From: an uncultured Bacillota bacterium
GTDB taxonomy: Bacteria > Bacillota_I > Bacilli_A > RFN20 > CAG-288
Direction: 5' to 3'
NCBI GenBank assembly: GCA_949282275.1
Contig: CASDOO010000002.1
Location: 2,022 to 66,021, forward strand
Length of the DNA: 64,000 nt
Under the pieces are notes generated by a model. That model did no database searches. It was not told the DNA's origin and saw nothing but the letters and a program-made list of their open reading frames with translations. Shown here piece after piece: positions 9,978 through 19,015 of this stretch. The position numbers and the translations under genes are program-made. Every line of letters starts with the position of its first letter. Within the stretch, counting starts at the first letter, position 1.

Positions 9978-10193
9978 ATGGAAAAAAAGACTAAGAACGA
10001 CAAGCTTGCCGGGATGACCTATGCCCAGCTTGAAAAGGAGGCCAGTGCCGTCTTGGAAAGATTGCAGAAGGGCGATCTTGGCCTCGATGAAAGCAAGAAG
10101 GAATACGACTACGGCAAGGCCCTACATGCCGAGATGGAAAAGCGTCTCGAGCAAATGATTGCTGAAGTCCGGGACAAGGTGAAGGAAGGCTAG
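9978..10193 (+). CDS. xseB: exodeoxyribonuclease VII small subunit
   Basis: 71-aa helical protein (YAQLEKEASAVLERLQKGDLGLDES) directly after xseA. GAGGTAGG SD. Confidence 0.85.
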   Translation: MEKKTKNDKLAGMTYAQLEKEASAVLERLQKGDLGLDESKKEYDYGKALHAEMEKRLEQMIAEVRDKVKEG

Positions 10194-10194
10194 A

Positions 10195-12042
10195 ATGGCC
10201 TCTTTGCCCAAGTCCATCCGCTCCCTGACGAAGGATCAGGAGAAGGTCCTGGCCAGCGACATCCGCAGCGACATCCTCTCCACCGCCTATATCCATGGCG
10301 GACATCTTTCGCCGAACCTTGGCGTCGTGGAACTGACCCTGTCCCTGCTCAAGAACTTCGACCCCTACAAGGACGACATCCTTTTCGACGTCGGCCACCA
10401 GACCTATGCCTACAAGATCCTGACCGGACGTTCCCTCGAGAGGCTTCGCCAGTTCGGGGGCGAACCGCCTTTTTCCGACCCGGAGAGCTCGAAGGCGGAC
10501 AAGTTCCGCAACGGACATGCCTCAACGGCCATTTCCGTCGCCTATGGCATGGCCTTGGCCAAGGCTTTGGAAAACGACAAGAGCCATACCGTCAGCATCA
10601 TCGGCGATTCCTCCCTTGCCGGCGGCATCTCCATGGAGGCGCTGGGCCTTCTTGCCACGGACAAGAAGACGAGGCTGATCATCGTCATCAACGACAACGG
10701 CATGTCCATCGGCAAGGACGTCAGCTTCATGGGACGGGAATTCCGGAAGCTGCGCAATTCCCGCTTCTACTTCAGGACCTCCCGCTTCCTTTCGCGCGTG
10801 ATGTCGAAAACAAGGCCGACCAAGAGGCTTTTCCTTTGGATGCGTTCCGTCAAGGATAGGCTGAGGCAGATCGTCCTAAGGCCAACCGTTTTCGAAAGCA
10901 TGGGCCTCAAGTACATCGGCCCCTTTGACGGCCATGACTTCGAGGAACTCGACCTTGCCTTCAGCAAGGCCAAGGCGCTTGTGGAAAACGGGCCCGTCGT
11001 CGTCCATGTCCTGACCAAGAAGGGATATGGCTATTCCCCGGCGATGAAGGACGAAAAGGGAATCTTCCATGGCGTCAGCAGCCGCTTCGACGAAGAGAAG
11101 GCCACTGGGAACGACAACTTCGATTCCTACAAGAAGGAATTCCTCCTTGCGAAGATGGCAGAGGACAAGAAGGCTTTCGTCATCTGTCCGGCGATGGTTT
11201 TCGGCTCGGACCTCGAGGAGGTCTACAAACGCTATCCGACAAGGACAATCGATGTCGGCATTGCCGAGGAAAACGCGGTCACGATGGCAAGCGGCCTTGG
11301 CCTCAAGGGATACCATCCGATCGTCGATATCTATTCGACCTTCCTCCAGAGAAGCTACGACGAAGTCTTCGAGGACATCGCCCGGGAAAGATGCCCGAAT
11401 CTCTTCTTTGTCGAAAGGGCCGGTCTTGTCGGCGAGGACGGCCCTTCCCACCAAGGCATCTATGATGTCGCCTATCTGAGGACGATACCCCATTGTCGCG
11501 TCTTCATGCCCTACGACAGGGATTCCTTCTTCTTCCTTTCCCATTCCCTTTGGTTTACCAAGGATGTCCCGACCTTCATTCGGTGCTCCAAGGATGCGCC
11601 AGTGAACGACCATGCCGAAATCGAGAGAAGGAATGGCTACGACATCGTTTCCATGGCCAAACGCAAGAAACTGGTCATTGCCATCGGCCCAAACGGCATG
11701 GCGCTTTTGACGAAAGCCGCCAAGATGCCTTGGGACAACGTTCTCCTTCTCGATTTGCTTCCGGAGGATTCACTTTGGGATTCCCTGGATTTGTCGTCCC
11801 ACGAGGAAATCGTTCTATACGATCCTTATTCCACGCCGGAGGGGACCTCGGACAGTCTTGCGCGATATCTGCTTTCCCGCCATTATCAAGGACGCTATTT
11901 CCCTTTGTGTCTTCCGAAGGCATTCATCCCCCATGGCAAAGTCGAGGAACTCTATCGACACCTAGGCATGGATGTCGAATCTGCCTATGGGAAGATAATG
12001 GAACTGTTTGGAAAGGACAACCTTGCGGAAAAGAAGGCGTAG
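10195..12042 (+). CDS. dxs: 1-deoxy-D-xylulose-5-phosphate synthase (MEP pathway)
   Basis: 615 aa. GHLSPNLGVVELTLSL, TPP-binding GDSSLAGGISMEALG, transketolase-like C-terminus (GEDGPSHQGIYD). Synteny xseB-dxs-recN as in Bacillus, but without ispA. Confidence 0.93.
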   Translation: MASLPKSIRSLTKDQEKVLASDIRSDILSTAYIHGGHLSPNLGVVELTLSLLKNFDPYKDDILFDVGHQTYAYKILTGRSLERLRQFGGEPPFSDPESSKADKFRNGHASTAISVAYGMALAKALENDKSHTVSIIGDSSLAGGISMEALGLLATDKKTRLIIVINDNGMSIGKDVSFMGREFRKLRNSRFYFRTSRFLSRVMSKTRPTKRLFLWMRSVKDRLRQIVLRPTVFESMGLKYIGPFDGHDFEELDLAFSKAKALVENGPVVVHVLTKKGYGYSPAMKDEKGIFHGVSSRFDEEKATGNDNFDSYKKEFLLAKMAEDKKAFVICPAMVFGSDLEEVYKRYPTRTIDVGIAEENAVTMASGLGLKGYHPIVDIYSTFLQRSYDEVFEDIARERCPNLFFVERAGLVGEDGPSHQGIYDVAYLRTIPHCRVFMPYDRDSFFFLSHSLWFTKDVPTFIRCSKDAPVNDHAEIERRNGYDIVSMAKRKKLVIAIGPNGMALLTKAAKMPWDNVLLLDLLPEDSLWDSLDLSSHEEIVLYDPYSTPEGTSDSLARYLLSRHYQGRYFPLCLPKAFIPHGKVEELYRHLGMDVESAYGKIMELFGKDNLAEKKA

Positions 12043-12055
12043 GAGGAAAAGAAGA

Positions 12056-13708
12056 ATGATCAAGGAACTCTCGATTCACAATCTGGCCGTCATTCAGGAC
12101 TGCAGCATCGACCTGGAATCCCCCTACCTTGCCCTTCTTGGCGAAACCGGTGCGGGAAAAAGCCTCATCGTCGACTCCCTCTCCCTCCTTCGGGGCGAGA
12201 AGGCCGACAAGGGCCTGATCCGCAGCGGCGAGAAGGAAGCCAAGGTGAGCGCACTCTTCCACCTTGATTCCAGGACGCTCAAGCGTTTCCCCCGGCTTTC
12301 GCAGGAAGTCGACGAGGAAGGAAACTTGCTTCTTGCCCGCATCGTCTCCCTGGAGGGCGGATCGAAGTGCTATCTCAACGGCAGCCTGTGCTCATTGAAG
12401 GAATTGCGCGACATCGGCTCCCTTCTTATCGATATCCATTCCCAGGGAGAAAACAGCGCCATAGCCGACGAAAGGAAGGCACTTTCCTACATCGATGCCT
12501 ATCAAGGGAAGACGATCCTTCCCCTTCTTCAGGACTATCGCCAGGCCTACGAGAAGCTTCTGTCTGTCCGGGCCGAGAAGAACGCCTTTCTGAAGGAACA
12601 CGAAGACATGGATGCCGACTACCTCCGCTTCCAGGTCGAGGAAATCGAGAAGATGCACCTGAGGGAAAACGAAATCGAGGAGCTCGAGCAGGAAAGCCAG
12701 GACCTCAAGGGACTCGAGAGGCTTCGGGAAAGCTTTGAGCGTCTTGCGGAAGCCGGAAGGCTTGCCGAGGGAAACCTGTTCGATCTTCTTTCCGAATATC
12801 TTTCCAAGCTTCGTCCCCTTTCCAACACCTCCCTTTCCGAGCAATCCCAAAGGGCCTATGAGGCAGGGAGGGATTTCCTTCTTGCCATGGACGAACTCCG
12901 GGATTGCTATGCGCGCATGGAAGCCGATCCCGGAAGGATCGACTATATCAACGAAAGGCTGTTTTCCCTCAAGGGATTGCAGAGAAAATACGGAAAGTCG
13001 ACTGCGGAGATCCTTTCCGTCCTCAAGCAAGACAAGGAGAAGCTTTCCCGCCTCGAGGATTTCGAAGGCGAAAAGTCGCGGTACGAAAGGGAAGAGGAAA
13101 AGGCTTTCCGGGAATGTCTCGAGAGGGCCGATAGACTGACCGCCCAGAGGATTGCTTCCGCTAAGGAACTGTCCCTGAGGATCGGCACGGAAATGGCCGA
13201 TCTTGGGCTTTTGAAGGATGGATTCTCGGTCCGCTTCGCAAAGAAGGCGATTGCGCAAGACGGTCAGGACGAGGCCATATTCCTGGTTAGACTCAACAAG
13301 GGCCTTGAGGAGGCGGAATTGAGGAAAGCGGCATCCGGGGGCGAAAGCTCCAGGCTTATGCTGGCCTTGAAGGCCGTCCTCAATCGACTGTTCCCGGCCG
13401 ATGTCCTGGTCCTGGACGAGATCGATACCGGCATCTCCGGAAAGGCTGCCGGTCTTGTCGCCCGGAAAATCCAAAGCCTCGAAAAGGACAGCCAGGTCCT
13501 TGTCGTTTCCCATCTTGCCCAAGTCGTCGCCTCCTGTCGGGACGCCTTGGAAGTGGAAAAGAAGACCAAGGACGACAAGACATATGTCCAGGCAAGAAGG
13601 CTTGACGAAACGCAGAAGGAACAGGCCATCGCGAGAATGATTTCCGGCAAGGAAGTCACCGCTGCCGCCCTCGAGCAGGCCAAGGAACTGATTGCGGAAT
13701 ACCGCTGA
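12056..13708 (+). CDS. recN: DNA repair protein RecN
   Basis: MIKELSIHNLAVIQD...LLGETGAGKSLIVDSLSLL (Walker A), a long coiled coil, and a C-terminal signature/Walker B (SGGESSRLMLALK...VLVLDEIDTGISG). AGGAGG SD before ATG 12056. Confidence 0.94.
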   Translation: MIKELSIHNLAVIQDCSIDLESPYLALLGETGAGKSLIVDSLSLLRGEKADKGLIRSGEKEAKVSALFHLDSRTLKRFPRLSQEVDEEGNLLLARIVSLEGGSKCYLNGSLCSLKELRDIGSLLIDIHSQGENSAIADERKALSYIDAYQGKTILPLLQDYRQAYEKLLSVRAEKNAFLKEHEDMDADYLRFQVEEIEKMHLRENEIEELEQESQDLKGLERLRESFERLAEAGRLAEGNLFDLLSEYLSKLRPLSNTSLSEQSQRAYEAGRDFLLAMDELRDCYARMEADPGRIDYINERLFSLKGLQRKYGKSTAEILSVLKQDKEKLSRLEDFEGEKSRYEREEEKAFRECLERADRLTAQRIASAKELSLRIGTEMADLGLLKDGFSVRFAKKAIAQDGQDEAIFLVRLNKGLEEAELRKAASGGESSRLMLALKAVLNRLFPADVLVLDEIDTGISGKAAGLVARKIQSLEKDSQVLVVSHLAQVVASCRDALEVEKKTKDDKTYVQARRLDETQKEQAIARMISGKEVTAAALEQAKELIAEYR

Positions 13709-14763
13709 TGGAAAAGAGAATCGTCCATATCGATCTTAACGCCTTCTATGTCCAGGCCGAATGCCTCAAGGATCCTTCCCTTGCGGGAAAGCCATTGGCC
13801 GTCGGCTATGACGGCAGGCGTGGCGTCGTATCGACCGCATCTTACGAAGCGCGCAAGTTCGGCGTCAATTCCGGTATGCCGATTTCAAAGGCAAAGGAAC
13901 TTTGCCCAAATCTTCTTATCATTAATTGCCATTTCAGTCTCTATCGGGAATTTTCGAACCGCTTCTTTGGCTATTTGCGAAAACGTTTTCCGATTCTTGA
14001 ACAGGCTTCCATCGACGAATGCTATATCGACATGACCAAGGAGACAGCAGGCGAGGACCTTGCCGTCTTCCTCTTTGACCTTCAGCTTTCCCTCTACAAG
14101 ACGACGAAGCTGAAATGCTCGATCGGCTGTGGCGCCAATCGATTCCTGGCCAAGATGGCAAGCGACATGAAGAAGCCCATGGGCCTGACGATCCTGACGC
14201 GGGACAACATAGTGGAAAGGCTCTGGCCCCTTGCCATCGGGAAGATGTACGGCATCGGAAAGAAGACGGCCCCGCGCCTGGAAAGCCTTGGCATATTGAC
14301 GATAGGCGACCTTGCCAAGACAAAGGACGAAGGCGTCCGCCGCCTTTTGGGCTCCCAGTTCGATTATTATCAGGGCGAGGCAAATGGGTGGGGAGACGAT
14401 GTCGTCGATACCTCTGCCTTCGATCCCAAGTCCTGCTCGGCGGAAAGGACCTTCCAGGAGGACGTGACAGGCTATGAGGAAGTCAAGGACATGATACGTT
14501 CCTGCTGCGAGGACGTCAGCCATGAATTGAAGAAATATTCCAAGATTGCCAGGATCGTCTCCGTCAAGCTGCGGGACGAGGGCTTTTCCACGCGCTCCCG
14601 TCAAAAGGCCCTTGCCTCGCCCTCAAACGAGGCCTCGGACCTCTTCTTTGCCGCCATGTCCATCTTCGACGCCTTCTATCGCGGCGAGAGCCTAAGACTG
14701 GTCGGCGTGACGGCCGAAAAGGTCTCCGATGTCGAAGAATCGGACAAGGAGGATGGGAAATGA
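13708..14763 (+). CDS. dinB: DNA polymerase IV (Y-family)
   Basis: [14 protein letters not shown]...[10 protein letters not shown]...SIDECYID motifs. The ATG overlaps the recN TGA (TGATG). Confidence 0.93.
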   Translation: MEKRIVHIDLNAFYVQAECLKDPSLAGKPLAVGYDGRRGVVSTASYEARKFGVNSGMPISKAKELCPNLLIINCHFSLYREFSNRFFGYLRKRFPILEQASIDECYIDMTKETAGEDLAVFLFDLQLSLYKTTKLKCSIGCGANRFLAKMASDMKKPMGLTILTRDNIVERLWPLAIGKMYGIGKKTAPRLESLGILTIGDLAKTKDEGVRRLLGSQFDYYQGEANGWGDDVVDTSAFDPKSCSAERTFQEDVTGYEEVKDMIRSCCEDVSHELKKYSKIARIVSVKLRDEGFSTRSRQKALASPSNEASDLFFAAMSIFDAFYRGESLRLVGVTAEKVSDVEESDKEDGK

Positions 14764-15677
14764 CCATACGCGAGGCAATCGAAGGCTTCCTGACCTATCT
14801 TGCCAGCGAGAAAGGCGACACGAAGAGAACACTGGACTGCTACACGATCGATCTGCTGGCCTTCGAGAAGATGACGAAGAAGGAAAGGGCGGAAGACCTC
14901 GACAGCCAGGACTATGTGGATTATCTTCTTCAACTTGCGGAACAAGGCCTTTCCAAGGCGACGCTAGTGCGAAAAGGAATGGCCCTTAGGGGACTTTATC
15001 GCTATCTCAAGATGGAAGGTAAGATCGACGTCCTCCTTTCCAACCTCAAGACGCCGGAAAAGGAAAAGAGACTCCCGAAGACATTGTCCGACGAAGAAAT
15101 CCGAAGGCTTTTCCAGTCCATCGAGACGGGCGACTACAAAGGCCTCCTGGACTTGACGATGATGGAACTTTGCTACAGCTGCGGACTCCGCGTGAGCGAA
15201 CTCGTCTCCCTGCGCATGGATCAGATCAACGTCAAGGGAAAGTACCTGAAGATCCTCGGCAAGGGAAACAAGGAAAGGATGGTTCCCATATCCCAGGAAG
15301 CCGATTCCTATCTCCAGCTCTACCTGAAGGAAAGGAAGACGAAAAGGAAGGCCGGAAAGATCCTTTTCCTCCACAAGGACGGAAAACCGACATCCCGCCA
15401 GTATTTTTTCCTAATGCTACGGAAAAGGGCAAAGGAGGCCGGTATAACGACGCCCGTCCATCCTCACATGCTTCGCCACAGCTTCGCGACGACGCTTTTG
15501 GAGAATGGCGCCCCGATAAGGCAGGTCCAGGAACTTCTGGGGCATAGCCAGGTGGAGACGACGATGATCTATACCCATGTCTCTTCCCGCCTCAAGAAGG
15601 AGGCCTATGACAGGGCAATGAATCGCCGTGCCAAATCCCAGGCGTCTTCCGACAAAGAAGACGCCAAAGCGGTATAA
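14760..15677 (+). CDS. xerD: XerD-like site-specific tyrosine recombinase
   Basis: Core-binding and catalytic domains with R (CGLRVSEL), HxxR (HMLRHSFAT), and H..Y ([16 protein letters not shown]). Precedes deoB as ripX(xerD)-drm does in B. subtilis. XerC versus XerD cannot be settled by eye. Confidence 0.85.
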   Translation: MTIREAIEGFLTYLASEKGDTKRTLDCYTIDLLAFEKMTKKERAEDLDSQDYVDYLLQLAEQGLSKATLVRKGMALRGLYRYLKMEGKIDVLLSNLKTPEKEKRLPKTLSDEEIRRLFQSIETGDYKGLLDLTMMELCYSCGLRVSELVSLRMDQINVKGKYLKILGKGNKERMVPISQEADSYLQLYLKERKTKRKAGKILFLHKDGKPTSRQYFFLMLRKRAKEAGITTPVHPHMLRHSFATTLLENGAPIRQVQELLGHSQVETTMIYTHVSSRLKKEAYDRAMNRRAKSQASSDKEDAKAV

Positions 15678-15697
15678 TGTAAAACGAGGTAACGAAA

Positions 15698-16900
15698 ATG
15701 AAATTCAGGAGAATCTTCCTTATCGTCATGGATTCCGTCGGTATCGGTGCCGAACCCGATGCCGCAAGGTTTGGCGATGAAGGCACGAATACCTGGGTCC
15801 ATACGGCCCAGCGCTGCCATGGACTTGATGTCCAGAACATCAATTCGCTTGGCATCAACGATCTTGCGGACATCCTCGGGACAAGCAAGGTGAGCCACCC
15901 CAGAAGCTACGTCCAGACCCTAAGGGAGGCATCCAATGGAAAGGATACCCTGACCGGGCATTGGGAAATGATGGGCCTTCTTACGCCGAATCCCCTTGTC
16001 ACCTTCACCGATACGGGATTTCCAAAGGAACTGATTGCGGAACTGGAACGGAGAACCGGAAGGAAAGTCATCGGAAACTATTCCGAAAGCGGGACGGTCA
16101 TTCTCGAAAAGCTCGGCGAGGAACAGACGAGGGATGGTTCCCTTATCGTCTATACGTCCGCCGATAGCGTCCTCCAGATTGCCGCCAACACGGCTACGGT
16201 TCCCCTTGAGGAGCTCTACCATGACTGCGAGATCGCACGCGAAATCACCATGCGACCCGAGTGGCGCGTCGGACGAGTCATCGCAAGGCCCTATGTCGGA
16301 ACAGACAGGACTAATTTCAAGAGGACGTCCGATCGCCGCGATTACGCCCTTTCCCCGTCGGGAACGACCGCCTTGGACTACCTGAAGGAAGCAGGAAAGG
16401 ATGTCCTTGCCATCGGAAAAATACACGACATTTTCAACGGTGTTGGCATCACGGAATCCGTTCATACGGAGAGCAACGAAGACGGCATGGACAAGACGCT
16501 TGCCATCGCCCGGAATCGCGATTTCGAAGGCCTCTGCTTTGTCAATCTCGTGGAATTCGACTCGCTCTATGGCCATCGGCGCGACCCCATCGGCTATGGC
16601 AAGGCCATCGAAGCCTTCGACGTCCGGCTTGGCGAACTGCTTCCGCTGCTCAGGGAAGACGACCTTCTCCTTATCACCGCGGACCATGGCAACGATCCGA
16701 CCCATACCGGCACGGACCATACCAGGGAAAAAGTGCCTCTTCTTTCCTATTCGCCATCCTACAAAAACGGAAGGAAATTGCCGGAAGAAGACACATTTGC
16801 CTCCATTGGAAAGACCATTCTCGAGAACTTCGGAATCAAACCGAGCGAAAACCAAATCGGCAAGCCAATCGTCCCCTTGCTTACGGATGAGGTAGAATGA
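15698..16900 (+). CDS. deoB: phosphopentomutase
   Basis: 400 aa. RIFLIVMDSVGIG...GKDTLTGHWEMMG...NLVEFDSLYGHRRD...ITADHGNDP metal-binding motifs. Confidence 0.93.
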   Translation: MKFRRIFLIVMDSVGIGAEPDAARFGDEGTNTWVHTAQRCHGLDVQNINSLGINDLADILGTSKVSHPRSYVQTLREASNGKDTLTGHWEMMGLLTPNPLVTFTDTGFPKELIAELERRTGRKVIGNYSESGTVILEKLGEEQTRDGSLIVYTSADSVLQIAANTATVPLEELYHDCEIAREITMRPEWRVGRVIARPYVGTDRTNFKRTSDRRDYALSPSGTTALDYLKEAGKDVLAIGKIHDIFNGVGITESVHTESNEDGMDKTLAIARNRDFEGLCFVNLVEFDSLYGHRRDPIGYGKAIEAFDVRLGELLPLLREDDLLLITADHGNDPTHTGTDHTREKVPLLSYSPSYKNGRKLPEEDTFASIGKTILENFGIKPSENQIGKPIVPLLTDEVE

Positions 16901-17865
16901 TGAAAGCCAAACGTTGTCTTTCCCTTTTCCTGCTTCCGCTGTTCCTTCTTTCCGGATGCCAGGAAACGAATTCCTCGACTTCCGGCAATGTTTCCGGCGG
17001 ACAGAAGTTTTCGATCATCTGTCCAAAGGGCGCCCCAGCCGCCGCCTTTGCCCGCTATGGAAAGGATGATTTCCTGGAACTTGCAAGCGCCCAGCAGGTC
17101 CGTTCCGCATTCACTACTGCCGAAAAGGACTTTATCGTCTTCGATTCCGTCAATGGACTCAAGCTTTCGGGAGGCAACTATCGCCTGGTCCGAATGGTCA
17201 CTTTCGGAAACCTTTATGTTGTTTCGACAGGCCATGACGAGGACAGCATCTTGGAAGACGAGGATACCATCTTTTCCTATGGAGAAGGACTTGTCCCGGA
17301 TTTGGCATTCAAGGCCGTCCATGAAGGCGTGACACCAGACCACTATGGTTCCGATGTCAGTGCGACAAGTGCCGTCATGACATCCGGCCTCTTTGAAGGA
17401 AAGGAAATCGACTACGTCATTTCCAGCTATCCGCCGATATTCCCGGCGATGAAGGTGAATCCTTCCTTGACAGTCCACGAAAACGTGGCCGTGGCCTTTG
17501 GGGAGAAATACCATACCGATGGCTTTCCGCAGGCTGGTCTCTTCATTCGTAATACGCTGGAAGAGGATGCACAATCCGCGGAGGCGATTTCGGCTTTCCT
17601 TGAGGCTTTCGACCAGGACGTCGACGATTTGATCAAGGGTGGCGAAAATGCCGTTTCCACCTTGGAGGCTTATGGATCTATCGAGGAGCAGGCCGATCGT
17701 TTCGGTTTCAATGCGGACGTCCTTTCCGCCATCCAAAAGGACAACGGACTGGCTTTCCTCGAGTCAGAAAAGAACCCTTCCCTTGAAGAGTTCGGGATCT
17801 TCCAGGATATGTTCGACTATCCCGTGAGCGAAAAGCATCTATCTTCTTTCTACCCCAAAGGCTAA
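16897..17865 (+). CDS. lipoprotein, putative type-2 periplasmic-binding (NMT1/SsuA-like) ABC substrate-binding protein
   Basis: Signal peptide with lipobox (LFLLSGC). Alternating beta-alpha pattern compatible with an SBP. Immediately upstream of a NitT/TauT-type permease. The family assignment is by eye only. Confidence 0.6.
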   Translation: MMKAKRCLSLFLLPLFLLSGCQETNSSTSGNVSGGQKFSIICPKGAPAAAFARYGKDDFLELASAQQVRSAFTTAEKDFIVFDSVNGLKLSGGNYRLVRMVTFGNLYVVSTGHDEDSILEDEDTIFSYGEGLVPDLAFKAVHEGVTPDHYGSDVSATSAVMTSGLFEGKEIDYVISSYPPIFPAMKVNPSLTVHENVAVAFGEKYHTDGFPQAGLFIRNTLEEDAQSAEAISAFLEAFDQDVDDLIKGGENAVSTLEAYGSIEEQADRFGFNADVLSAIQKDNGLAFLESEKNPSLEEFGIFQDMFDYPVSEKHLSSFYPKG

Positions 17866-17866
17866 G

Positions 17867-18646
17867 ATGACAAATCGAAAAAAAGGAATCCGAGGATTCT
17901 TTCAAAGCAAGATCGTTCTATATGTCTTCGGACTTCTTTTCGTGATTGTCCTATGGGAAATCATTTCCTTATCGACGGGCCAATCGTTTCTTCCGGAATT
18001 CTTCTCCTGTCTCGCAAGGGCCTTTTCCATGCTGGCAATAGGAAGGACCTATGAGGCCATTGGTTATACGCTCCTAAGGCTTTTCCTGGCCTTGCTAGGG
18101 TCTGGCGTCGTTGGTATCCTTTTAGGAACGTTGGCAGGCTATTATCGGGCGCTGGAGACGTTTCTGCAGCCCCTGATAACTGTCCTTCGTGCCTTTCCGA
18201 CGGTCGCCATGGTGCTTCTTCTTATCGTTTTCGTTCCAATGGCTCCTGTATGGGTTGTCTCGTTTGTCGTTTTTCCAGTCCTGTATCAGGCTACGCTAGA
18301 AGGTTCCAGGCAGACTTTGGAAGCCTATTCGATGTTGATCCGATTGCGAGGAAAGAATCGCGTTTCGAACATTACCAAAGTCATATTGCCATTGTCCGTC
18401 GACAATATCAGTTTGGGTTTTGTCCAGGCATTGGGGCTAGGCATGAAAGTCGAAATCATGGCTGAAACGTTTTCCTATTCGACAAATGAAATAGGACTGG
18501 GACAAATGATAATGTCGAGTTATCAAACAGTGGATTACGAAAGGCTGATGGCCTTGGTATTGATTTCACTCTTTTTGATCTTGCTTCTGGAGGGAATATT
18601 GAAATTGGCAAAAGGAAAAATTCATAAACTAATTTTAGGCGAATAA
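17867..18646 (+). CDS. ABC transporter permease (binding-protein-dependent, NitT/TauT-like)
   Basis: 259 aa, about 6 TM helices, and an EAA-like loop region (LRGKNRVSNITKVILPLSVDNISLGFVQALGLGMKVEIMAE). Lower GC than the window average (about 37-50% in lines I counted). Confidence 0.75.
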   Translation: MTNRKKGIRGFFQSKIVLYVFGLLFVIVLWEIISLSTGQSFLPEFFSCLARAFSMLAIGRTYEAIGYTLLRLFLALLGSGVVGILLGTLAGYYRALETFLQPLITVLRAFPTVAMVLLLIVFVPMAPVWVVSFVVFPVLYQATLEGSRQTLEAYSMLIRLRGKNRVSNITKVILPLSVDNISLGFVQALGLGMKVEIMAETFSYSTNEIGLGQMIMSSYQTVDYERLMALVLISLFLILLLEGILKLAKGKIHKLILGE

Positions 18647-18698
18647 ATTAGAGATTGATTTGAATGCTATTTTGTGAAAATCGGCTGTGATTTACAAA

Positions 18699-18726
18699 TA
18701 GTAATTATTTGGTACTATTTAGTAAC
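18699..18726 (+). repeat. left copy of a 28-nt direct repeat (TAGTAATTATTTGGTACTATTTAGTAAC)
   Basis: Aligns with 18988-19015 with one indel on each side and 2 mismatches. Contains the GTACTA core. Confidence 0.8.
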
Positions 18727-18808
18727 TATATTTATTCAACTCTATATTAGTTATATTCTAGTACTAGAAATACACTATATTCACATAAGTGATTGACTTA
18801 TTGTTTTC

Positions 18809-18836
18809 TATTAACATAATAAACATTAGGCGAAGC
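18809..18836 (-). other. dif: candidate dif site (XerC arm - 6-bp spacer - XerD arm)
   Basis: Minus strand reads GCTTCGCCTAA-TGTTTA-TTATGTTAATA. This matches E. coli dif GGTGCGCATAA-TGTATA-TTATGTTAAAT at 22/28 positions (own alignment): XerD arm 9/11, spacer 5/6. Confidence 0.65.
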
Positions 18837-18987
18837 AATATAAACCGGCAAAATATAGTATTTTCCTGGTACTAATGTTTTACTGTGTTCATGATTCCTC
18901 TACTTCTTATATATTTCTTCTCAAATTGAAAAATTAAAATAGTTCATTTCCAGTACTATAAATGTACTATCCATGGACTATACTATT

Positions 18988-19015
18988 TAGTTAATTATTG
19001 GTACTATTTATTTAC
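18988..19015 (+). repeat. right copy of a 28-nt direct repeat (TAGTTAATTATTGGTACTATTTATTTAC)
   Basis: Direct repeat of 18699-18726. Overlaps the mtnN stop codon (19008-19010). Confidence 0.8.

Larger units (their letters stand above)
18647..19007. other. AT-rich non-coding island at a convergent strand switch; probable replication terminus region
   Basis: I counted 90 G+C in 18661-19020 (25%), against roughly 52-58% in spot-counted coding lines. There is no ORF of 60 aa or more. It is flanked by the 3' ends of the permease (+) and mtnN (-). Confidence 0.7.

Noticed and set aside
18739-18767. A second dif-like stretch, ...ACTCTATATTA GTTATA TTCTAGTACTA..., which shares ATATTCTAG with the complement of B. 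subtilis dif.
   Set aside because: It lacks the conserved TTATGT(T/A)AA XerD-arm core. The residual similarity is expected in AT-rich sequence, and the 18809-18836 site is much better.
18647-19007. The AT-rich island considered as a mobile element, prophage remnant, CRISPR leader or replication origin.
   Set aside because: There is no integrase or transposase, no terminal inverted repeats, and no ORF of 60 aa or more. The spacer-repeat periodicity of a CRISPR array is absent. There are no DnaA boxes, and genes converge on it rather than diverge from it. Only tiny ORFs (20 aa or less) without SDs are present.
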